57,677 nucleotides of DNA from assembly GCA_044235825.1 (NCBI GenBank), contig JBIIHL010000001.1:1-57677 (forward strand), read 5' to 3'. The DNA is from Alphaproteobacteria bacterium. Lineage in GTDB: Bacteria > Pseudomonadota > Alphaproteobacteria > JAJTHO01 > CANGYM01. Shown piece after piece: positions 50,439 to 57,677 of this stretch. The notes below the pieces were generated by a model that searched no databases, was not told the origin of the DNA, and saw only the letters and a list, made by a program, of their open reading frames with translations. A program made the position numbers and the translations under genes. How positions within the stretch are numbered: position 1 is the first letter of the stretch; every line of letters starts with the position of its first letter.

Positions 50439-51403
50439 TGGATCTTGCGTTTCAAACGCTGCTTTCGCCCATGATCCTGTTTTTTATGCTGGGGTTGGGC
50501 GCGGCGTTTATGAAATCCGATTTGTCTGTGCCATCGGCCATTGCCAAGGGCATGTCCCTTTATCTGATGCTGGCCATTGGGTTTAAAGGCGGGGTTCAAG
50601 TCAGCACCGCCGGATTCACCCCCGATTTGGTTTGGACAGGCTTTTTGGGATTCCTGCTGAGTTTGTGTCTGCCCTTTGTTGCGTTTTTTGCCCTGCGCAA
50701 GACCACAACCCTGCCGGCGGCAGATACGGCCTCCATTGCGGGCCATTATGGGTCCATCAGCATTGTGACCTTCATCGCCGCCACCCAAGCCCTAAAAACC
50801 GCTGGCATTCCTTTTGAGGGCTACATGATTGCCGTGGCGGCGTTGATGGAGGCCCCCGCGATCTTTTCCGCGCTACGTCTGGCCTCGCGTTATGATCCCG
50901 ATACCGAGGCCACCCCTTGGCATCACATTTTGGCCAACGGATCCGTTGTGTTGTTGGCAGGGGCTTTTTTCATTGGCATGATCACGGGGCAAGAGGGGAT
51001 GCATACCCTGGAATCCTTTATCGTTTCCCCGTTTAAGGGGGTTTTGTGTCTGTTTCTGCTGGATATGGGCCTCGTGGCCGGACGGGGCCTGATGGAAAGC
51101 CGGCATTTGATGCGGGGCAGTCTTCTGGCTTTTGGAGTGTATATGCCGTTTCTCGGGGCGCTCTTGGCGGGGGGCTTGGCCGCGCTTCTGTCGTTGACGG
51201 CTGGCAATACAGCCCTGCTGATGGTGTGCGCGGCCAGTGCCTCTTATATTGCCGCGCCTGCGGCCATGCGGCTGGCGCTGCCCCAGGCCAAGCCCGCCCT
51301 GTCGTTAACGCTGGCCATGGGCATTACCTTTCCCTTTAACCTGATTGTGGGCATCCCCCTATGGATTGCCCTTGCCCAAGCCTTTACCGGAGGATCGCAA
51401 TGA
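50435..51403 (+). CDS. sbtA: SbtA-family sodium-dependent bicarbonate transporter-like permease
   Basis: 322 aa polytopic protein. N-terminus LLSPMILFFMLGLGAAFMKSDLSVPSAIAKGMSLYLMLAIGFKGG is typical of the family. ATGA overlap with the upstream gene. Confidence 0.8.
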   Translation: MMDLAFQTLLSPMILFFMLGLGAAFMKSDLSVPSAIAKGMSLYLMLAIGFKGGVQVSTAGFTPDLVWTGFLGFLLSLCLPFVAFFALRKTTTLPAADTASIAGHYGSISIVTFIAATQALKTAGIPFEGYMIAVAALMEAPAIFSALRLASRYDPDTEATPWHHILANGSVVLLAGAFFIGMITGQEGMHTLESFIVSPFKGVLCLFLLDMGLVAGRGLMESRHLMRGSLLAFGVYMPFLGALLAGGLAALLSLTAGNTALLMVCAASASYIAAPAAMRLALPQAKPALSLTLAMGITFPFNLIVGIPLWIALAQAFTGGSQ

Positions 51404-51705
51404 CCCCTAAAAAACGTCTGGAAATCATCGTTGATGGGGCTTTGCAGGACAAAGTTCTGAAACTGCTGACAAACCACGGCGTCACGGGATACACAATTTT
51501 GCCTGCCCTTTCCGGCGAAGGCCCCGAAGGGGCTTGGCGGGGGGAAGGGCTGATTGCCGATGTCGGCCAAATGGTGATGATTCTTTGCATATTGGATGCT
51601 GGAAAATTGTCTGTTTTAGAAACCATTCTCCCCCCTTTTCTGGATAAACATCAGGCCATTTGCACCGTCAGTGATGTGATGGTGTTTCGGCCTTCGATAT
51701 TTTAG
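51400..51705 (+). CDS. sbtB: PII-like signalling protein (SbtB-like)
   Basis: 101 aa. Motif KRLEIIVDGALQDKVLKLLTNHGVTGYTILPALSGEG and a T-loop-like segment. ATGA overlap with the sbtA stop, and GGAGGA upstream. Confidence 0.7.
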   Translation: MTPKKRLEIIVDGALQDKVLKLLTNHGVTGYTILPALSGEGPEGAWRGEGLIADVGQMVMILCILDAGKLSVLETILPPFLDKHQAICTVSDVMVFRPSIF

Positions 51706-51742
51706 CGCCGCCCTTGCGTTTCAAAAAATCCATAGCGACACC

Positions 51743-51770
51743 CTGTAAAAACACGTATACTCCCCTATAT
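51743..51770 (+). promoter_or_regulatory. Candidate RpoH (sigma-32)-type promoter of lon
   Basis: CTGT-N17-CCTATAT resembles the alphaproteobacterial RpoH consensus CTTG-N17-CCTATNT. It lies 48 nt upstream of the lon ATG. Confidence 0.3.
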
Positions 51771-51817
51771 AAAAGAATAGAGGTTTTTTAAAACATCAGA
51801 TTGAACAAGGAGTGTTC

Positions 51818-54265
51818 ATGGCCGCCCCCAAAAAAAATAAGTCCAGCCCCGTGACGATCCCCATTCGGGCCTATCCCGTTTTGCCCCTGAGGGATATTGT
51901 TGTTTTTCCTTTTATGATTGTCCCCCTGTTCGTTGGACGCAGCAAATCCATCGCCGCCTTGGAAAAAGCGGCTCAGGACGATGGGATGGTCTTTCTGATG
52001 GCCCAAAAAAATACATCGGATGAAAATCCGGATCCTTCTGAACTTTACGAAGTGGGCACTGTGGCCAAGGTTCTGCAGATGCTGAAACTGCCGGATGGAA
52101 CGGTTAAGGTTTTGGTTGAAGGATTGGGCCGATCCCACGCCATTGAATTTTTGGACAACCCAGAATTCTTACAGGCTGTGGCAGAGCCGTTAACGTCGGA
52201 CATGAGCGATAAGAAAGAAATTGCCTCTTTATCCGCCGCCGTTTTATCCCAGTTCGAAAACTACATTAAGTTAAATAAAAAAATCGCCCCTGAAATTCTG
52301 GTGGGTCTGAATAAAATTGAGGACCCTGAACGCTTGGTGGACACCATTTCTGCGCACCTGTCAAACAAGCTGGCAGAAAAGCAGGATCTGCTGAAAACCC
52401 AAGATGTCGCCGAACGCCTGCAAAAGGTTTTTGCCCTGATGGAGGCCGAAATCAGCCTGCTGACTGTGGAACGCCGGATTCGCAACCGCGTGAAAAAGCA
52501 GATTGAAAAAAACCAGCGTGAATATTTCCTGAACGAACAAATTCGTGCGATTCAAAAGGAACTGGGGGATACCGAAGAAGGTAAAAATGAATTTGAGGTT
52601 TATGAAAACAAAATCAAAACCCTGAAATTAACAAAAGAGGCCCGCGACAAGGCCCTCAGCGATCTGAAAAAACTGAAATTGATGCCCCCTCTTTCCGCAG
52701 AATCCACGGTCATCCGCAATTATCTGGATTGGATTGTGGATTTGCCTTGGCAGAAAAAAACAAAACTAAACAATGATTTGTCGAAATCTGTTGAGATTTT
52801 AGATCAGGATCATGATGGCCTTGACACCATCAAAGACCGCATCGCGGAATATCTGACCGTGCAACAACGCACGGGCAAAACGCCTGGCACCGTTTTGTGT
52901 TTTGTTGGCCCCCCAGGGGTTGGAAAAACGTCTTTGGCCAAATCCATTGCCCGCGCCACGGGACGGGAATTTGTGCGCCTGTCGGTGGGGGGCATGCGGG
53001 ATGAAGCGGAAATCCGCGGCCACCGCCGCACCTATATCGGCTCTATGCCAGGAAAACTTTTGCAAGGCATGAAAAAGGCGGGATCGTCCAACCCCCTGTT
53101 TTTGATCGATGAAATTGATAAAATGGGCCACGACCATCGGGGCGACCCTGCCAGCGCCCTGCTGGAGGTTCTGGATCCCGAGCAAAACACCCATTTTCAG
53201 GATCATTACCTTGAGGTCGGGTATGATCTGTCGGATGTCATGTTTGTGTGCACGGCCAACACGTTATCGTTGCCGCTGCCCCTGTTGGACCGCATGGAAA
53301 TCATCCGTTTGTCTGGCTATACAGAGGATGAAAAAGTCACCATCGCCCAAAATCATTTGGTGCCCCGTCAGGGCGAGGCCCACGGGCTTTCCCCCAAGGA
53401 ATGGTCCCTGTCACAAGCCGCGCTGCGAGATATCGTCCGTTACTACACCCGCGAAGCCGGCGTGCGGCATCTGGAGCGGGCTCTGGCCAAAATTGCCCGA
53501 AAAATTGTTAAACACTTTTCGGTGAAGCCCAAGGAAAAAACCGTTTCTATCACCCCTGAAAATCTCTCAGAATACTTAGGTATTCCCAAGTATCGCTTTG
53601 GTTTGGCTGAGGAACAGGATCAAGTTGGGGTGGCCACGGGGCTGGCCTGGACCGAGGTGGGCGGGGATCTGCTGGCCATCGAAACCGTGATGTGGCCGGG
53701 CAAAGGCAAAGTTAAAGCCACAGGAAAACTGGGCGACACCATGCAGGAATCCCTGCAGGCCGCCATAGGGTATATTCGGTCACAGGCCATGACACTGGGA
53801 ATTTCCTATGACATGCTGGACAAACGGGATATCCACCTGCACCTGCCGGAGGGGGCAACGCCCAAGGACGGACCCTCAGCGGGGATTGCCTTGGCCAGTG
53901 CGTTGGTGTCTATGCTGACCAACATTCCCGTGCGGCGCGATGTGGCTATGACGGGGGAAATTACCCTGCGCGGGCGCGTTCTGCCCATTGGGGGATTAAA
54001 AGAAAAACTGTTGGCCGCCCTGCGGGGGGGCATTACAACCGTTTTGATTCCAAAACAAAATGAAAAGGATCTGCCTGACGTTCCCGCTGATGTGCGGGCC
54101 CTCCTGACCATCATCCCTGTGGAAAGCATGTCACAGGTTCTGATCCATGCCTTAACCAAAGCCCTAAGCCCGCTGTCTTGGCCAGAAAGCCAGATCACCG
54201 TGGATTATGTTCCGGCTGTGAAGGGAACACCTTTGCCCGATTCCCCCCCGTTGTTGCATCATTAA
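51818..54265 (+). CDS. lon: ATP-dependent Lon protease
   Basis: Start at MAAPKK after AAGGAG. Walker [10 protein letters not shown]. Protease site PKDGPSAG. Confidence 0.96.
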   Translation: MAAPKKNKSSPVTIPIRAYPVLPLRDIVVFPFMIVPLFVGRSKSIAALEKAAQDDGMVFLMAQKNTSDENPDPSELYEVGTVAKVLQMLKLPDGTVKVLVEGLGRSHAIEFLDNPEFLQAVAEPLTSDMSDKKEIASLSAAVLSQFENYIKLNKKIAPEILVGLNKIEDPERLVDTISAHLSNKLAEKQDLLKTQDVAERLQKVFALMEAEISLLTVERRIRNRVKKQIEKNQREYFLNEQIRAIQKELGDTEEGKNEFEVYENKIKTLKLTKEARDKALSDLKKLKLMPPLSAESTVIRNYLDWIVDLPWQKKTKLNNDLSKSVEILDQDHDGLDTIKDRIAEYLTVQQRTGKTPGTVLCFVGPPGVGKTSLAKSIARATGREFVRLSVGGMRDEAEIRGHRRTYIGSMPGKLLQGMKKAGSSNPLFLIDEIDKMGHDHRGDPASALLEVLDPEQNTHFQDHYLEVGYDLSDVMFVCTANTLSLPLPLLDRMEIIRLSGYTEDEKVTIAQNHLVPRQGEAHGLSPKEWSLSQAALRDIVRYYTREAGVRHLERALAKIARKIVKHFSVKPKEKTVSITPENLSEYLGIPKYRFGLAEEQDQVGVATGLAWTEVGGDLLAIETVMWPGKGKVKATGKLGDTMQESLQAAIGYIRSQAMTLGISYDMLDKRDIHLHLPEGATPKDGPSAGIALASALVSMLTNIPVRRDVAMTGEITLRGRVLPIGGLKEKLLAALRGGITTVLIPKQNEKDLPDVPADVRALLTIIPVESMSQVLIHALTKALSPLSWPESQITVDYVPAVKGTPLPDSPPLLHH

Positions 54266-54281
54266 GGCTGGAAAAAAAACC

Positions 54282-54656
54282 GTGGTTGCCTCTCCCCCCC
54301 TTCCCACAACCCGTCAGTACCGCGTGGGGGAGGCTGTTCGCCGCGCCCTATCCGACATTTTGGCCCGCGGGGATTTTGACCTGCCCCTGATCAGCATCAC
54401 GCAGGTGGATATGGCCCCTGATTTGCGATCAGCCCGCGTGTATTTTATGGGGGGAGGCAATAGCCTAGAGCTGCGGGAAAAACTGAAACAGGTCCGCGTT
54501 CCCCTGCAAAACGCCCTGCGTCCCTACTTGGCCACCCGCTATTTGCCGCGTTTAAAGTTTTGCGAAGATCACACACTGGATCAGGTATCCCTGATCCATG
54601 ATTTGTTTGAAAATCCCCGCGTGGCTCGGGATTTAAGGGGTGGGGACGAGGCCTAA
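54282..54656 (+). CDS. rbfA: Ribosome-binding factor A
   Basis: 124 aa with a GTG start. Motifs RVGEAVRRALSDIL, ITQVDMAPDLRSARVYF. Confidence 0.85.
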   Translation: MVASPPLPTTRQYRVGEAVRRALSDILARGDFDLPLISITQVDMAPDLRSARVYFMGGGNSLELREKLKQVRVPLQNALRPYLATRYLPRLKFCEDHTLDQVSLIHDLFENPRVARDLRGGDEA

Positions 54657-54665
54657 ACAGGCCAC

Positions 54666-56948
54666 TCAGGCCCCCAAGATTTCCCGTTTTCCGGCGTGGT
54701 TGGGTTGGCTGATGACGCCTTCTTCTTCCAATTTTTCAATGATACGGGCGGCGCGGTTGTATCCCACTTGCAAATGACGTTGCAGGAAACTGGTGGACAC
54801 TTTGCGTTCCCGCAGAATAATGGCCAGCGCCTGATCGTACAGGGCATCGCCACTTTCCCCCTTAAACGCGCCCCCATCATCATCATCATCATCCTCTGCC
54901 ACCGTCACATCGTCCACGTAATCCGGTTGGCCTTGGGCTTTCAGATAGGACACGATGCTTTCAACCTCATTATCCGCAACAAAGGGTCCGTGAACCCGTG
55001 TGATGCGCCCACCGCCGGCCATGTACAGCATATCCCCCTGACCCAGCAGCTGTTCCGCCCCCATTTCCCCCAAAATGGTGCGGCTGTCGATTTTGGATGT
55101 GACTTGGAAACTGATGCGCACGGGAAAATTCGCCTTGATCGTTCCCGTAATCACGTCCACGGATGGGCGCTGTGTGGCCATGATCAGGTGAATCCCCGCC
55201 GCCCGGGCCATCTGGGCCAGACGCTGAATGGCGGCCTCAATATCCTTGCCCGCCACCAACATCAAATCGGCCATTTCATCCACAATCACAACGATATAGG
55301 GCAGGGTTTCCAGTGGCATAACCTGATCTTCGAACACCGGTTTTCCGGTTTCGCGATCAAAGCCCGTTTGCACGCGGCGGTGTAAAATTTCGCCCTTGTC
55401 TTGGGCATCTTGGATGCGGCTGTTGTAACCCTCGATATTACGCACGCCCAGACGGGACATGGCCTGATAACGTTGCTCCATTTCCTTCACGGCCCATTTC
55501 ATGGCGGTCACGGCCTTTTTGGGGTCCGTCACCACGGGGGTCAGCAAATGGGGAATGTCATCATACACCGACAATTCCAACATTTTGGGATCCACCATAA
55601 TAAAGCGACACTTTTCAGGGGGCAGCATATACAGCAGCGACAAAATCATGGTGTTCACCGACACGGATTTTCCCGATCCGGTGGTTCCTGCCACCAGCAA
55701 GTGGGGCATTTTGGCCAAATCCACAATCACGGGCACGCCGTTGATATCCTTGCCCAGCGCCAAAGGCAGCTTGGCGGCGTGGGATTGGTAATCTTTGTGC
55801 TCGAACACCTCTCGCAAATACACCGTTTCGCGTTTGGGGTTGGGCAGTTCAATCCCGATGACGTTGCGGCCCGTGACGACGGCCACGCGGGCGGATACGG
55901 CGCTCATGGATCGGGCGATGTCATCGGCCAAACCGATGATGCGGGATGATTTGATCCCTGGGGCGGGCTCCAGCTCGTACAGGGTCACCACGGGACCTGA
56001 ATTGGCCCCCACAATGTCCCCCTTCACCCCAAAATCAGACAGGACTTGGGACAGGGCCTCGGACGCCCGCTGAATATCCCGCTGATCCATCTTTTGCGCT
56101 TTGGTTTTGGACAGCGTCAGCAAATCCATGGGGGGCAACTGAAACCCTTCTTTTTTGTCATAAACCAAGGGGGAACGTTGCAACGTCGGCACGGCTTTGG
56201 TTTTTTTGGTTTTAACAGAGGGTGTCTTTTCCCCAGACAGAATCAGGGATTCTGTTGTGATGGACAGCGGCTGCAAATCCGCAGAGCCAGAAAGGGAAAG
56301 ACGCGCCAAAAGGCCCTTGCCCCCTTGCCATACCATGATGGGAAGGTTCCATACCCATGACAACAACGCTTTTGGCCCCCCATGGGTGAACCCCGATCCC
56401 GACAGGCCCAAACCCAAAACCAAAAAGGTCCCAAACAAAACCACCAATCCCCCCGCCGCAATCCAATCCCAAACGGGCCCCTGGGGGCCATACAGGTGAA
56501 ACAGGTTTTGCAGCCAAAATCCCGCCACGCCGCCGCGGGGCACATCAATGGCGTCCTGTTTCATATCCCCGCCCAGGGACATCACCGTGGCCCCCAACAC
56601 CAAAACCATGGCCCATTGCCCCAAACGGACAAACAACCGAAAGGCCTTTCCCGATTGCCAAAAATGAACGCCCCACGCCAGAATCAACAGGGGCAACACA
56701 AACGCCGCCATGCCAAAACTTTGAAACAGAATATCCGACAAAACGGCCCCCTGGGGCCCCAAAAGGTTCTTTACCGCCCCATCCGAAACGGCGGTGTTTA
56801 GGGATTCATCCTGAAAATCATGGGTGGCCAAGGCCAGCGCCAGCACCAACCCCGATAAAAACAAAACCATACCCCACAGCCGCCGCATGCCCAGCATCAC
56901 CACCTTGGTGGCCTGGGGCGATAACAAAGAGGGCGGAATCACAGGCAT
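54666..56948 (-). CDS. ftsK: DNA translocase FtsK
   Basis: 760 aa. Four or five N-terminal TM helices. Motor Walker A GTTGSGKS. C-terminal winged-helix gamma domain (SFLQRHLQVGYNRAARIIE). Confidence 0.95.
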   Translation of the reverse strand: MPVIPPSLLSPQATKVVMLGMRRLWGMVLFLSGLVLALALATHDFQDESLNTAVSDGAVKNLLGPQGAVLSDILFQSFGMAAFVLPLLILAWGVHFWQSGKAFRLFVRLGQWAMVLVLGATVMSLGGDMKQDAIDVPRGGVAGFWLQNLFHLYGPQGPVWDWIAAGGLVVLFGTFLVLGLGLSGSGFTHGGPKALLSWVWNLPIMVWQGGKGLLARLSLSGSADLQPLSITTESLILSGEKTPSVKTKKTKAVPTLQRSPLVYDKKEGFQLPPMDLLTLSKTKAQKMDQRDIQRASEALSQVLSDFGVKGDIVGANSGPVVTLYELEPAPGIKSSRIIGLADDIARSMSAVSARVAVVTGRNVIGIELPNPKRETVYLREVFEHKDYQSHAAKLPLALGKDINGVPVIVDLAKMPHLLVAGTTGSGKSVSVNTMILSLLYMLPPEKCRFIMVDPKMLELSVYDDIPHLLTPVVTDPKKAVTAMKWAVKEMEQRYQAMSRLGVRNIEGYNSRIQDAQDKGEILHRRVQTGFDRETGKPVFEDQVMPLETLPYIVVIVDEMADLMLVAGKDIEAAIQRLAQMARAAGIHLIMATQRPSVDVITGTIKANFPVRISFQVTSKIDSRTILGEMGAEQLLGQGDMLYMAGGGRITRVHGPFVADNEVESIVSYLKAQGQPDYVDDVTVAEDDDDDDGGAFKGESGDALYDQALAIILRERKVSTSFLQRHLQVGYNRAARIIEKLEEEGVISQPNHAGKREILGA
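54876..54893. repeat. (ATC)6 trinucleotide repeat inside ftsK (encodes Asp6 on the minus strand)
   Basis: Perfect atcatcatcatcatcatc. It lies in the linker before the FtsK gamma domain. Confidence 0.9.
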
Positions 56949-57048
56949 GGGATGATATCATGATGTCTGGCTCTACTTTTGTGTGAAATCCCCATCCGCG
57001 TCAAGGGGGGATTCCATTCCTATCGTGATCTGGGGGGAATGGGGGGAT

Positions 57049-57069
57049 AAAAAAAGCCCCCGCGGGGGC
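57049..57069 (-). terminator. Rho-independent terminator downstream of dapE
   Basis: Perfect palindrome GCCCCCGCGGGGGC (57056-57069). On the minus strand it is followed by a T7 run (57049-57055). Confidence 0.7.
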
Positions 57070-57135
57070 GAGGGCTTGGGGGTTGGGCTGAGGGGTGGCC
57101 CGTGAGTCACTTTTTGCCCTCAATGTCCTCTTTTC

Positions 57136-57677
57136 CTAGGATTGTTTTTCCAAACACACCCGCACAATGTCACCATAGATTTGGGACAGGCGCATCAGGT
57201 CGTCCACATCGCACTGTTCATTGATTTTATGGATGGTGGCGTTGGGCAGGCCCAGTTCGACGACGGGGCAGTAATCCTTTATGAATCGCGCATCCGACGT
57301 GCCGCCGCTGGTGGATAATATCGGGGGGGTTCCCGTAATATCCTGAATCACCCCCGTGACGGTTTGCACCAGGGGGTGGTCGGCGTTTGTAAAAAAGGCC
57401 TCGGACGAGCAATCCGTGGTCAGGGTGTAATGGGGGCCGGATGCGGGCCCCTGCGGCAGAACCCGTTGACAGGCGTGATGCAGGCGATCCGACAGGCTCT
57501 GGGCACTGTGATGGGCATTAAAACGGATATTCAATCGCACCGTACACGAGGGCGGAATGATGTTGGTGGTCCCATTGCCCGTATCCACGCTGGTGATTTC
57601 CAAATTGGACGCATCAAAATGCGGGTGCCCCTGATCCAGCGGTTTTTCCAAAAGAATCCCCAAAATGGCCGCCGCAT
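57136..57677 (-). CDS. dapE: Succinyl-diaminopimelate desuccinylase (3' part; 5' end lies beyond the window)
   Basis: M20-family C-terminus GGTSDARFIKDYCPVVELGLPNATIHKINE. The ORF is open to the window edge. Confidence 0.8.
   Translation of the reverse strand, partial: AAAILGILLEKPLDQGHPHFDASNLEITSVDTGNGTTNIIPPSCTVRLNIRFNAHHSAQSLSDRLHHACQRVLPQGPASGPHYTLTTDCSSEAFFTNADHPLVQTVTGVIQDITGTPPILSTSGGTSDARFIKDYCPVVELGLPNATIHKINEQCDVDDLMRLSQIYGDIVRVCLEKQS

Noticed and set aside
54696-55949. Two long plus-strand ORFs (229 and 182 aa) antisense to ftsK
   Set aside because: They overlap the conserved FtsK motor domain. The translations are His/Gly/Gln-rich nonsense without motifs.

Overview
Chromosomal core region of an alphaproteobacterium. 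Lineage markers are an alphaMic60/HemY-like/hemD cluster, an NDUFS4-like small protein, a CckA-like hybrid kinase, two-subunit GlyRS and fdxA-carD. GC is near 50% overall, but poorly conserved segments are clearly AT-richer. The window holds about 75 protein genes. I found no rRNA, tRNA or CRISPR. Left to right: cell-envelope genes (PBP1A, amidase, hybrid kinase, GT9 heptosyltransferase, LTXXQ protein); then secY-adk-rpsM-rpsK-rpoA-rplQ on the minus strand; ispA; ybaB-recR and an MnmC-oxidase-like gene; then fusA-tuf-S10-spc (rpsJ to rplO) on the plus strand. Next come a non-coding scar carrying a 107-nt hairpin repeat and an IS30 transposase remnant; bamE-bolA-rimM; gmhB; the hemY-like/Mic60-like/hemD cluster; acpP-fabF; and RidA-MarR-cysNC followed by two exported proteins. 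The window ends with rpiB-purS-purC, a secreted S1 protease, gpmA-glyQ-glyS, dcd, rpmI-rplT-pheS, an AT-rich orphan, TerB, fdxA-carD-NDUFS4-like-sbtA-sbtB, lon, rbfA, ftsK and the dapE 3' end. Most of the window is ordinary housekeeping DNA. The loci I consider worth follow-up are: (1) a LapG/BTLCP-family exported protein with all three catalytic-triad positions substituted, sitting with a DUF4402-like exported protein directly downstream of an orphan cysNC; (2) the ribosomal super-operon broken exactly at rplO|secY, with an IS30 remnant and a long palindromic element at the break; (3) a translationally coupled NDUFS4-like/SbtA/PII-like SbtB trio; (4) an AT-rich orphan secreted protein where pheT should be. 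All family assignments come from motif recognition by eye. No database search was run.
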